A stretch of 49,870 bases of DNA. It comes from Octopus sinensis (taxonomy: Eukaryota). Of the stretch, positions 35,081-48,470 are shown one piece after another. The DNA lies in the NCBI RefSeq assembly GCF_006345805.1, contig NW_021834207.1, forward strand, positions 1 to 49,870, in the 5' to 3' direction. The notes beneath the pieces were generated by a model. The model made no database searches. It was not told the origin of the DNA and saw only the letters and a list, made by a program, of their open reading frames with translations. The translations under genes were made by a program, and so were the position numbers. Every line of letters starts with the position of its first letter. Position 1 is the first letter of the stretch.

Positions 35081-35974
35081 GGGTTTTGCTGGTGCGTAGT
35101 CGAAAACTTGGAAAACTTTTAGCGGCCAAGCCTCGATAATTTTCATTACAACATAACAAAATTAACACGTGACTGCAGAGGTGGAGGCCCACCGATCAAT
35201 GAAAATTTTCTGGTAACATCTACATTAATTACATTAATTTCACGCCTGTAAAGAATCAATAGAGAAGCTTAATATATTTCATATTTTAATGATGCAGCTG
35301 AGAAAGTCTAAGTGACATCGATTGCGTAAATACGAGTAATCTTTGGTAAAAAATGACGACACCATAGCAAAATCGTGCTTGCGTCAAAAGATGTAGTAGG
35401 GAAAAGCTGTTACTCACATATATGAATATAAATATACTTACTCATACAGACACACACACGCTCACGCATACACACATACACAAGCACACAAACCCACATA
35501 TACATACCTACATATATGTTTGTGTCTGTCTGTGTTGGTTTATGTCTCTCTGTGTGCATCTGTGTGTGTGTTTAGGGACGCAGAGAGAGAGAGAGAGAGA
35601 GAGAGAGGTGGTCTGAAATTCTTATCCAGCATTCTGAATAATGTAGGGAAATTAGTATTTTTCTAATGGCATATACACCTTTCATCCTTCATCTCTCTCT
35701 CTCTCTCTCTTTTCCTTCCAACCCATTCTTTCGCTTTTTACAATCCAGTAGGTAAGAAATTGGATGTTCATGTCAAGAAAAAAAAACTTACGCTTTTTCT
35801 CTCTCCTAGTTCGCACACACACACGCGCGCGCGCATATATGCATGCATGTATGTGTGTATGTCATTATTCAGTTTTATTTAACGGTTTCTTGCCAATAGA
35901 GAAAGAACCGGTTGCTAACCTAAGTCCAAGGCTCCTTCAATGGAAATTCAACAACTACAACAGGGTATTTTTGT

Positions 35975-36442
35975 TTGTATGTATGTATGTATGTATGTAT
36001 GTATGTATGTATGTATGTATGTATGTGTGTATGTATGTATGTATGTATGTATGTGTGTATGTATGTATGTGTGTATGTATGTGTGTATGTATGTATGTAT
36101 GTATGTATGTATGCATGTGTGTATGCATGTGTGTATGTATGTATGTATGTATGCATGCATGTATGTATGTATGCATGTATGTATGTATGTATGCATGTAT
36201 GTATGTATGTATGCATGTGTGTATGTATGTATGTATGTATGTATGTATGTATGTATGTATGTATGTATGTATGTATGCATGTGTGTATGCATGTGTGTAT
36301 GTATGTATGTATGTATGCATGCATGTATGTATGTATGCATGTATGTATGTATGCATGTATGTATGTATGTATGTATGTATGCATGTATGTATGCATGTGT
36401 GTATGTATGTATGCATGTATGTATGCATGTGTGTATGTATGT
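35975..36442. repeat. long compound (TATG/TGTA/CATG)n microsatellite
   Basis: ~470 bp tetranucleotide array. Similar (TA)n, (CA)n, (TACA)n and (GATA)n tracts occur throughout the window. Confidence 0.97.
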
Positions 36443-38446
36443 ATGGATTGTATAGATTTGTATGTTTTGTTTTATGCATGTCTTTTCATTCGCATAGTTG
36501 CATATCTAGACATACACATATATATTTAAATGATAAACTTCTAGAAAGTTTTACACACTCTTACAGTTCCAGTGATGACTGGATCTGTAGTTTTCGAATT
36601 AGCTTTCTCCTTTTGAGAAGCCTAATTTCCCAAGATTGGTATTTAGACAGTGTGTTACATTTCCCAGTGGCCCAATAATTACAGATATGAGCCTGAACTT
36701 GTAATCTGGATAGAGTATGCATGTATGCCATTATTCAGTTTATTTCAAGATTTCTAGCCTGTAGGAAAGAATAGGTTTCTAACCAAGGCTCCTTCACGAG
36801 AATTTCAACATCAACAACAAGGTATTTTTGTTTGCATATATGTATGTATGAGTGAATGAATGAATAAATGAATGACTGAATGAATGAATGAATGAATGAG
36901 TGTGGGCCTGTCTATGCGTCCTTACGTCTTCTCTCCAACGCTTGATAATCACTCTTGGTTTATTTACACCTCTGTAACTTAAGCGTTCAGCAAAAAGAGA
37001 CCGGCAGAATAAGAACCTGACTTAAAAAGAATTCAGTACTGGTGTTGATTTGTGCAACCAAACCCCTCAAGGTGGTGCTCCAGCATTTTCAAAATCCAAT
37101 GACTGAAATAAGTAAAAAAATGAGAGAGGGAGAGAGAAAGAAAGAGAGAGAGAAAGAAAGAAAGAGAGAGTGGGGGTAGTGTTAAATAACACAGTATGTC
37201 CAAAAGAGATATACTTTCGACCGAATACTACATTTAATGCTGTTCTTTCTGATGTATCTGCATTGAGTATTAGACAGAAATTGCTATTTAAAACTAATAC
37301 TCTTCTTGTCGCGCATAACGATTTTCTTTCTGTATGTATACATACATACGTACGTATATATACATACATATATATATATATAAATATATATATATATATG
37401 TATGTATATATACTTGTGTATGTCTCTATGAGTTCGTGTATGTATCTGTGCATATTTAAGTATGTGCAAATACGAGCGTATATGTGTGCATAGATGCTTG
37501 GGTTTATGTGCTTCCGTATTTGTTTTTAAAGGCAAATATCATACAAACTGTTGTTTATTACAAGTTATAGACACAAAATTTCTAATGGCCTTTAAATGAC
37601 ATTACAAGAGACACTCTAGAATTGTCAATCCAATCTTTCTTGTAATTCTAAGAGGCGGCTATACATTATTTTATAGAATTAAAATAATCCTGTAAGTATT
37701 GCAATCATTATAAATCAAAGATTGGTACAAAACATTAAGTGATTCGATTTTCTGTTTCATTCGTTAATGTGAATTCAACACAGCAACACAGTTATAAAGT
37801 AACTGCGGTGTTTACTTTACTGTAATCGAAACAAATGGCGTGGAGATTGTAAACGAAGTTTTCTAGAATTAAATTTACTCTTTATGTATTCAGGTTGTTG
37901 GTAGATGTGTGCATATACATATATAAATACATACAGACATAGAGACAGACAGACAGACAGACATAGAGACGTATATATAAATACACAAACACTTAACTCT
38001 GTGTACATACACGCATATATATATATATATGAATATATGTGTATATATCTTTCTATACATATATATACATATACGCACATGTATTTCATATATATATATA
38101 TATATATACATACATGTATAAAGCCTATCTACTTACTATATAGGCATAATATATCTAAAATATATGTAAGTATATGTATATATACATATATATATGTGTG
38201 TGTGTGTGTATATATTATATATATGTCTACATATAAACACATAACATACACATACATTCATATGTACATATGTGTGTGTGTATGTGCATATAGATACGTA
38301 TGGACGTGTATAAATACTTACCATGTATATACAGATAGATAGATATAGGTGCACGTGTGTGTGTGTGCTCGCGCGCGCATATCCATACATATAGCTACAT
38401 TTAACATAACAAAACGTAACATCGCAAACGTACACACTCACACACA

Positions 38447-38484
<38 letters not shown>

Positions 38485-38978
38485 TGTCGTTCTTGTATTC
38501 TCAAGTGCACACAACTCACTCTACAGCCCTATAAAACGTCTACGAGCTATTTACACCTAAAAGAGATAATAGAAGACACTGCCTCCAGTGGAACTGATGA
38601 GAATGTAATTAGAGCGAATGGAGCCACCTTTCCTTTGTGGAGATTTTTGGTAATTCTCATTAACTCCAATTTTTAAAAGCAAAACATTATTCCAGAATGA
38701 GATTAAATGTGATTACACGACTACATTTATCAATTAATATCTCCTGAACATTCTATAATTTTTACACAAATATTTCTGTATGTACGCCATCGTGGTCGTG
38801 TGTATGTATGTCAGGTCACGTGTTGATTTGTTCCTAATATTTTCCATTTTATTTAGACCTAATTTCTTGATACGAGTCGAATATATTTTATCATATAACT
38901 TTGTGTAGTGTCACGCGTGTATTGTGTCTTTTAGCTTTAGTTGGTCTTTTATTATTCTCATTATTAATTTATTTTATA

Positions 38979-39193
38979 GGAGCGACGAGTTGGCAGTGTC
39001 GTTAGCAGATCGGACAAAATATTTAGGCGATTTCTTCCAGCTCTTTACGTTCTGAGTTTAACTTCTGCCAAGATCGACTTAATCTTTAATTCTTTCGAGG
39101 TCGACAATATAAGTTCCAGTTCGTTACTGATGTCGATGTAATCGAGAATCCCGCTCACACAAAATTTCAGGCTTTGTGCCTACTGTAGAAGGG

Positions 39194-39195
<2 letters not shown>
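38979..39195 (+). mobile_element. SINE-A with alternative tail-2 and (ATT)n end
   Basis: Tail aaaatttcaggctttgtgcctactgtagaagggatt(att)n. Confidence 0.8.
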
Positions 39196-39250
<55 letters not shown>

Positions 39251-39252
<2 letters not shown>

Positions 39253-39700
39253 GGAGAGAACGAAAAGCAGCAGTACCGAGGCTACCATTTTGCAACATCG
39301 TCTGAGATGGGTGGGCCACGTAGCAAGAATGAAAGATACCAGGCCGCCGCGTCAAATTTTATATTGTGAACTTTCCACAGGAAGAAGACTCCGTGGCCGT
39401 CTCCTCCGTCAATACAAGATCAACTGAAGCAAAGCCTAAAACTGACTGGAATCGATCCCAAAGCCCGAAATATTGAAGTTCAGGACAGGCCCGGCTGCCA
39501 TCATTCCATCTCCATTGTGACAGATGAGTTTGAAGATGAACGGGAGAGGAAAGAAGGAGAGAAACGATAAGAAAGAAAATGAAGACTGCGGCAACGAAAG
39601 CCTTCATCACGGATCCCCTGTGGATTTTGCATCAGACGCCTCATGCAAGATTCGGCCTCATTAGTCATTAGAGGCATAAACACGGATAGAGGGGAAGAAG
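39251..39700 (+). mobile_element. RTE-clade LINE 3' fragment
   Basis: LRWVGHVARMKDTRPPRQILYCELSTGRR, then a frameshifted YKDQLKQSLK... and a terminal CGFC...GLISH-like zinc knuckle. Confidence 0.85.
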
Positions 39701-40103
39701 TGGTCAAGAAGAAACCAAATAAATTATCGGACACACGATAAAACGCCGACGACGACAACGACGAGAGCGATAAGTTAGCAGAATCGGTCACAAATGCATC
39801 ACGGCATTTCTTCTGCTTTTTTAAGTTCTGAGTTCTCGGCGCTGCAACAGCATGGCCGCATCTAATGATTGGAGCAAGAAAATAAATGTTAAAGCCTCAA
39901 CGTGAAACACTAAAGAAGAAGCGACCCACTGACACCTTCCACTGCATCACTGGTCTTTGTCTCTTTCCGGTTTGAGCCTCTAATGTCTAATATTACGTAG
40001 ATGTTATTGTCATGTCGCTTCTGCTGGTTCCAAGCTTTTATTTTGATGACGTGTTTCTTGCTGTGGCTGAGTTGTTAGGCTGTTGCAATCACGATTCCAA
40101 GAC

Positions 40104-40582
40104 AAAGCGGCGAGTTGGCAGAATTGTTAGCACGCCAGGCGAAATGCTTAGCGGTATTTCGTCTGTCTTTACGTTCTGAGTTCAAATTCCGCTGAGGTCG
40201 ACTTTGCCTTTCACCCTTTCGGGGTCGATAAATTAAGTACCAGTTACGCACTGGGGTCTATGTAACCGACTTAATCATTTGTCTGTCTTTGTTTGTCCCC
40301 TCTACGTTTAGCCCCTTGTGTGTAATATAGAAACAGGTATTTCGTCTGTCTTTACGTTCTGAGTTCAAATTCTGCTGAGGTCGATTTTACTTTTCCTCCA
40401 TTCGACATCAACAAGTTAAGTACCAGTTGCGTACTGGGGTCGAGTTCAAATTCCGCCGAGGTCGACTTTACCTTTCATCCTTTCGGATGAAAAATTTAAG
40501 TGCCAGCTGCATAGTGGGGTCGTTCTAATCGGCTGCACATCCACCCTCAAACATTTCGGGCCTTGTACCTAGCGTAGTAAAG
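40104..40582 (+). mobile_element. composite SINE-A trimer nested in another SINE (SINE-E, ~40060-40810)
   Basis: 17-bp TSD aatcacgattccaagac at 40087-40103 and 40583-40599; the first unit has tail-1, the last has tail-2. Confidence 0.85.
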
Positions 40583-40904
40583 AATCACGATTCCAAGACC
40601 GTGGTCACAATTTCCGTAGTGGGCGGTGTGTTATGTTCTTGAGTAAAGCACTTCATTTTATATTGTTCCAAGTCCACTCGCCTGTAAATTAGTAACTCGG
40701 CGACGGGCTGGAGTTCCGTTCAAAGGGGATATTGTAGCCACGATCGTTTATATGTCATGGAAACCGTGTGACCGGACCTGAGTCCTAGGACTCGATTCAG
40801 TAATAATTTTCATGATGATGACGACAACGATGATGATGATGATGATGATGAGGCTTATTGCTGCTCTCGTTATTGCAATTGCTATTTTATTATATAATAA
40901 TCAT

Positions 40905-41365
40905 TTCTACTGTAAGCACAAGGCCTGAAATTCTGGGGACAAAGGGAGTAAATCGATTACATCGACCCCAGGGCGTAACTGGTACTTAATTTATCGACCC
41001 CGAAAGGATAAAAAGCAAAACCGACATCAGCGGAATTTGAACTCACAACGCGCTGGAAGACGAAATACCGCTAAGCATTTTACCCCGTGTGCTAATAGTT
41101 CTGCCAGCACGTCGCCTTATTTTATTATATAATTATTTCTTAATTACCCACCAGGAGCTAAACATAGAGGGGACAAACAAGGAGAGACAAAGGGATTAAA
41201 TCGATTACATCGACTCCAATGCGTAACTGGTACTTAATTTATCGACCCCGAAAGGATGAAAAGCAAAACCGGCCACAGCGAAATTTGAACTCACAAAGCG
41301 CAGGAAGATAAAATGCCGCTAAGCATTTTGCCAGTGTGCTAATGGTTCTGCCAGCTCGCCGCCTA
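40905..41365 (-). mobile_element. two tandem SINE-A copies (tail-2 at 40905-41118, tail-1 at ~41135-41365)
   Basis: Head, core and tail motifs are present in both. Confidence 0.85.
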
Positions 41366-42575
41366 ACTTTATTATATAATAATAGTAATGTTTTCTTTAG
41401 TGTTATCAACATTTACGTGATATAAAAGAGTTTTATTATGGTGACAAGCCCAAGGAAACGTCAATAACAGTGAAAGCTCCTACAGCCGTAGTGAAACGAT
41501 CGGTATCTATCACATGGTCTTTTCCAAAGACACTTATCATTCGCTTTTGTGCATTCAGTCAACTTTACCGATTCTACTTGAAGGAATATCTGTTTTTATA
41601 ACCTGCTTGCCAACCAGAACATTAAATATTCGGGACAATACGACGAACTGATAAAGGTCTTGACGAAGTTGGCAAGCATTGTTTCTTAGCAACTCTTTCA
41701 AAAATTCTGATAAGTGGAGAAGGATGGAGTTTTTATCAGGAAATGGAAAATGCATCAAAGCGGAGAGAAGAAAAATGAATTTTTAATATATTCATCTCGC
41801 TTCTCAAGAAATTCAATACGGTTTCTTACAGAGCGGAAAATTACGATAGATCGATAAACATTGGTGGCTGGAAGCAAGCAACAGGTGTGGTTCTTCAGAA
41901 GAAATGGTATTTTTCTCGGTGCAGATAACGAGATTCGCGAAAGTTTTGAGTAGAATCTTGATAAATTCATTCGTTGGATCTTGGCGGTAGCGCCATTAAA
42001 AACTCTAGTTACATGAAAGACATTCCCAAGTCTGGTTTTGATATCGTTTTATTGTTTATTATAAATCGATATAGATTTCTTCTTTTTCTTTTTTTTTCTC
42101 CCACTTTTTTTTCTTTATTTTATATTAGCCTCATGGCTTCCTTGTATACAATTGTAGCATCATTTGTAATATAGCCTTCCTTATTCAACGTCATATTCAG
42201 CACTCATGCCCCCCCTTCCTTTTTACACCCACTCTTTCTCTTTTCATCTACAAACATACATACATAATATATATATATATATATTTATTCATATATATTT
42301 ATACATACATATATATGTATGTGTATATATATATATATGTATATATTACACATATATATATGTATATATAATGTAGATATAATATATAATATATATATAT
42401 ATATAATATATATATGCGCACACATGCACACGCACACACACATTATACATATGTACATTTAAATGTACATTTATGTATAAATATATATACTCATACATAC
42501 ACACATGTCTTCATACTTATATCGGTATATATCTGTATGTATATATATATATATATGCGTGTGTATATATATTAT

Positions 42576-42609
<34 letters not shown>

Positions 42610-44128
42610 ACATATATGTGTGTATATATATATATGTGTGTGTGTGGATGTATATATATATATATGTATATATGTACATGATTATAAATATGTATGTATA
42701 TATATATATACACACATACATATACATATTTAACATATACCTATACATATATGTAATTGCATATCCATATATATACAAAATATACGCACATATATATATA
42801 TATATATATTATATATATAATATATGCATGTATATGGTATGTATGTATATACCTCTACATCATTCTAACTCTCTATTTTACTATTTATTTTCTATCTATA
42901 ATATCTTTCAACTTATCTTCTGATCGATTTATTGATTGCTCGATCGAGATAATTATACGAAGATTAAACTTTACTTTGCTTTCTCTATATTTTTTTCTCG
43001 CTGTTTTATATCTACATTTTATATTTGCATTGGATCCGCAGTGTCTCAATGAATGTAAATATACACAGGCTCGTCAACGGACTCATTGAGGACACCAGAT
43101 GAATCACCTCACACACACACAGATACTTATAAACACACATAAACACACAAACTCACACACACATGTGCACGCGCATACACGCACGCACGCACTCATATAT
43201 CTATATATATGTTTATATATATGTGTTTGTATATATATATATATATATATTCATACATACATGTGTATATATAAACACACACACACACACACACACGTAT
43301 ATATATATATATATATAAACACACGTACACATTCATATATGTATATGTATATATATTTATATATATATGTACATATATACATATGTATGTATTTTTACAT
43401 ACACACACATAAATGTACATATGTTTGTGTGTGTGTTTAGTATGTATATATATATATATACATACATATACATATATATATACATACATATATATACATA
43501 TATATACATACATACATACATACATATATATATATATAAACATATATATATATATACACACGTACAAGCATTTATTCATATATGTTTGTGAGTGTAATAA
43601 CGTGCTATACATATGTAAATACAATCTTAACGACAAAAACACTAGTGTTCCTGTTCCATAGCGAAAATACCACACAACCAATATTGGCTTGAGTAACATA
43701 CTAATGATGGCATTGACTAATCACCAACACCACCAACACCAACACCAACACCAACACCACCAACACCAACACCTTGTGATTTGTCATCAGCGCTCTATTC
43801 ACTGAAAAGTTATATAGTAACGTATTTATGCATGGAGTTCATGTTCGGGGTTTCAGTGGGAATACAAGTTCACTTGTGGTGCCCGGTCACATGTATACAC
43901 ACTATGGGATATTCTGATACGTAGCAGTTCTATCTTGGCGTCGATTGTCGACCGTCGCAGAGGGTTCACTGACCAAGTGACTCCTGATTATGGAAGCACA
44001 CGTAGCCTGAGCTTGAAGCGGGTTCTGTAGATATGTTGTAACTAAAATCTCACGCCCTGTGGTCTTCCATCACTCCCGACACCAACCCGGAATTTCTGAG
44101 GGCCCGTGATGTTGTAAGATAGACGTTT

Positions 44129-44310
44129 ATTACCTCCGCCTTGGCGAATACGGAGGCATTGTTTTCAGTTTGTTAGTTTGTCCATGGACAAGATATCTCA
44201 AGAAACGCTGGATGGATTCGAATCAAACCTTCAGGGATGTTTCGCCTCCTGACTGGCACAAACTGATTAGATTTTGGTATTGATTTGGTAGCGGGAAAGG
44301 ATTATGGGTT
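44129..44310 (+). mobile_element. Helentron-associated (DINE-1/HINE-like) non-autonomous element
   Basis: attacctccgcc..ggcg..ggaggc..tgttttc..gtttgttagtttgtc..gatatctcaagaa..gctggatggatt..aaac pattern. Confidence 0.55.
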
Positions 44311-44668
44311 ATTTGTTATATTTACTTTACATGATTAGGATCTTACGTTAACTTTCAAGTCTTTCTCAATTATCTCTCTTTCGGCTGTAACTATTTTGAA
44401 TGGTAAATTTAGCTTGTACTAGATAAAGATAAACTATTTATTGCAGTTACTAAATTTTCTACAGCCAATTTAACATTTAACGGGATGAAAAAGCAAAGTC
44501 GACTTCGGCGGAACTTGAATTCAGAACGTAAGGACGGACGAAATACTGTTCAGCCTTCAAAATATTCGGCCAGCTCAACGACTTACTATTTCCTAATAAA
44601 CGTTTCTACTATACGCACAAGACCTGAAATTTTGTGGGTGAGGGAGAATCGTCGATTATATCGACCCC

Positions 44669-45031
44669 TACGACGGCACTCCGTCGGTTACGACGAGGAG
44701 GGTTCCAGTCGATCCAATCAACGGAACAGCGTGCTCGTGAAATTAATGTGTAAGTGGCTGAGCACTCCATAGACACGTGTGCCCTCAACGTAGTTCGTGG
44801 GGAGATTCGGCGTGACACTGAAATACAGGTACAACAGAAACAGGAAGAAAGTGTGAGAGAAAGTTGTGGTGAAAGAGTACAGCAGAGATCGCCACCAACC
44901 CCTGCCAGAGCCTTGTGGAGCTTTAAGTGTTTTCGCTCAATAAACACTCACAACGCCTGGTCTGAGAATCGAAACCGCGACCCTATAACCGTGAGTCCGC
45001 TGCCCTAACCACTGGGCCATTGCGCCTCCAC
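44669..45031 (-). mobile_element. SINE-C (tail type 1) inserted into a SINE-A copy
   Basis: 11-bp TSD atatcgacccc at 44658-44668 and 45032-45042. Confidence 0.9.
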
Positions 45032-45204
45032 ATATCGACCCCAGTACGTACCTGATACTTATTTCATGGACCCGGAAAGGATAAAAAGCAAGGTCGACCT
45101 CGGCAGAATTTACTATTTCCTAATACCAAATGCTTAAATGGTTCAACGATGCATCCCATACGCCATTTGATCCGACAGATTTATAGTGAAATATGTAACC
45201 GCAA

Positions 45205-45340
45205 CGGGTTCCGGGTTCAGTCCTACTGACTGGTACCATGGACAGGTGTAGCCTCGAAGCGACCAAGGCTTTGAGGGTGGATTTGGTAGACGGAAACTGA
45301 AACAAGCCCGTTAAATATATATACATATGTGTGTGTGTGT

Positions 45341-45379
<39 letters not shown>

Positions 45380-45540
45380 CTCTCCACCGACTGACAACCG
45401 GTGTTGGTGTGCTTACGTTCCCATAACTTTGTGGTTCGTCCAAAGAACCCAATAATATAAATACCGGGTTTTAGTAATAAAAAAAAAATAAGTATTGGAT
45501 CAATTTCTTCGATTGAAATTCTTGAAGACGGTTTCCCAGT
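45205..45540 (+). mobile_element. SINE-B, diverged
   Basis: gggttccgggttcagtcc...gtggatttggtagacggaaactga...gaagacggtttcccagt. Confidence 0.75.
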
Positions 45541-45729
45541 TCTTTAGTCGACGGAAACGTCCGCCAGTATTTGGTGAGAGACAAACACAGATACACACAA
45601 ACTCATTAATACGTACACAGACAGAAATATAGACAAACAGACAGACAGACAGACAGGCAGGCAGGCAGATAGACAGACAGAATAGACAGGCAGAACAGAC
45701 AGGCAGACAGACGGACGGACGGACGGACG

Positions 45730-45781
<52 letters not shown>

Positions 45782-45790
45782 GTTAGATAG

Positions 45791-45824
<34 letters not shown>

Positions 45825-45827
<3 letters not shown>

Positions 45828-45890
45828 TTTCTTTATTAGCCACACAGGGCTGCACACAGACGTGGCAGATTACAAAGTAGAGCTTTACTT
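45825..45890 (-). mobile_element. extreme 3' end of the same Tx1 LINE family
   Basis: atgtttctttattagccacacagggctgcacacaga matches 23522-23557; abuts (AG)n. Confidence 0.8.
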
Positions 45891-46242
45891 TATGGGGAGA
45901 AACGAAGAAGAAAAAAAGATATACGACAGGCTTCATTCAGTTTCCGTCTATCAAATCCCTTCACAAGGATTTGGTCGGCCTAAGTGCAACGTAGTGGCAC
46001 TGAACCCGGCACGCCTGCCTTTCACAGGAGTTTCTCTCAACCAAATTTACGCAAAGAGTATTGGCCGCCATGGCGTGCTTGTTAACCACACATCTTACCT
46101 CCGTATATGTATATGCATATCTATATATCTGTATCTATATACATGTATGTATGTATGCATGCATGCATGCATACGTACATACATACATACATACATACAT
46201 ACATACATACATACATACATAATACATACATACATACATACA

Positions 46243-46273
<31 letters not shown>

Positions 46274-46416
46274 TTCCTCTTACTGCAATGGAAATTGGAT
46301 TCCATTTTCTTTCCCCGCCTATCACGATTGCTAAAATACGCTAGTTGGTTAGGCGCGCGATTGCGTCCTCATGTATGTGTGCCTACAGATGTGAGTGTGT
46401 CTTTGTGTGTATGTGT

Positions 46417-46463
<47 letters not shown>

Positions 46464-47099
46464 AGTGTGTGCATGCGTTGATGTGTGTGTGTGAGAAATA
46501 CAAAGCGCTCCTGAGCACACATTGCGCGTGTTATACGTGAGCTGAGATGTGTTTTTGTGTTGTTACAACCATCACCGCCATTACTACAATGGCTCCAAAT
46601 AATCCCGTTCACATATCACCTTCATTATGTCCACTCGTAACAAAATTTCAACGAAAGAAAAAGGAACCCGTAAAAGGATTCGTTATTTATTTATCTATCT
46701 ATCTATTTATCTATTTATATACTTACCTTTCTATATATTTGTTCATCTGTGTATTTACCTATTTATACTTATACGTTATACTACGACATTTACACCGATT
46801 CATGATGTTGGTCGTTTGTTTAAAGGTTAATTGAAAAGTGGCAGAAAGTGAACAGAACTGTTCAATAATCTAAAACCAGTCTGTCTTCGAAGTTGCATGT
46901 AAATCTAGGTATCATGTGGCAGCGACATCACGCAAATGTGTCGGAAGGAATTCTAGCTAAACATGTGAGGAACGCAGCTATTTAATCCGATTTGATATCA
47001 CAGAGAAATTGACGTGACATTTTAAATCCCCAAAGCTCATGACCAACTCACTTCGCTTTCTCATTTCTCATTCTCCTACATCCGACTTTTCCTTCCATT

Positions 47100-47178
<79 letters not shown>

Positions 47179-47509
47179 CGACCTAAAAAGTAAATAAACA
47201 CCGAATAGGTTCTGGAAATGGTTTCGATTTGATTTGCTATACTTAAACTACATAAATGCCTGATTGCTTTTAAATGGTGTTATTGCACGGCATTGCTATA
47301 GTAATTAGTCGTAGATTATTTAGGAGGAATATCATCTTCTGGCAGGACATTTAGCTACTTATTTTGAGATTATTTACCAGAACTGAAGAATCGACATTGA
47401 TACTGATTATTCTGCTTATGATAGAAACCCGAGAAGGTTGGTTCACACACAACTGCTTTTGTTATTTTTGTTGTGAAAACGCGGCAGCCGATTGGCAGTA
47501 ACGGCAGAA

Positions 47510-47740
47510 GGTGGCGAGCTGGCAGAAACGTTAGCACGCCGGGCGAAATGCTTAGCGGTATTTCGTCTGCCGTTACGTTGTGAGTTCAAATTTCGCCGAG
47601 GTCGACTTTGCCTTTCATCCTTTCGGGGGTCGATAAATTAAGTACCAGTTACGCACTGGGGTCGATGTAATCGACTTAATACCTATGTCTATCCTTGTTT
47701 GTCCCCTCTATGTTTAGCCCCTTGTGGGAAATAAAGAAAT
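47510..47740 (+). mobile_element. SINE-A full length, tail-1
   Basis: Complete head, core and tail, followed by agata. Confidence 0.92.
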
Positions 47741-48031
47741 AGATATGTGTGTTGTGATTTGATAATGTTACGTTCTGAGATCGAATTCTACCACGATTGA
47801 CATTTCGCTTTTTATTACTTTAGGGGACACTAAATGAACATGGCGGTACTATCATAGTTTGGCTCTAAGACAGTTCTGACTTTATATTGAATGTCTTACG
47901 CAAAGTATTTCACCTGATATCATATGCAAAAGCAAATATTATATAGTTTCATATGTGTGTGTTTTAAATAAAATGAACCAACAAAGCGAAGGCAGTGTGA
48001 AATTGTTAGGGCATGTATAAAGAGGAAGGTA

Positions 48032-48079
48032 GCCTTACAGCTGTTTCAGGGACATGAATGGTGTTCCGTCATCAGAGAT
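48032..48079 (-). ncRNA. minimal type I hammerhead motif
   Basis: tct-CTGATGA-c-ggaaca[ccattca]tgtccc-t-GAAA-cagctg-TA-agg; ACAGCTGT palindrome; helix I only ~3 bp. Confidence 0.55.
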
Positions 48080-48304
48080 GATAGAGAGAGTTAAATACAG
48101 GGAAACAGAGTTCAATATAAGAAGTTATTATGGAAAGGGAGAGATATAGGAAGGGTAAAGGGAAATATGAAAGTAAAAAATAAAAATATATGTTGAATGT
48201 TACAGTTGCAGTTCCATTATCCATAGCACTTACATAGCCTTACTTGCCATTTCGGGTCTTCTCGATACCAAAACCTCTTATATATATCTCTATATATATA
48301 TCTA

Positions 48305-48358
<54 letters not shown>

Positions 48359-48470
48359 ATATCTATTTATCTATCTATCTATCTCTCTCTCTCTCCCTCT
48401 CTCCCTCTCTCTCTTTCTCTGTGTGGTATGTATATATATATATATATATTATATATAATATATATATATG

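Noticed and set aside
35764-36678. 304-aa ORF and the many other YI/CV/MYVC/HTYI/poly-L/poly-R ORFs in the track
   Set aside because: These are translations of (TA)n, (TG)n, (TATG)n, (GATA)n and (CTT)n microsatellites, which lack stop codons in some frames; they are not genes.
41555-41990. Two abutting minus ORFs (71 and 67 aa)
   Set aside because: No recognisable domain, splice structure or coding-like composition.
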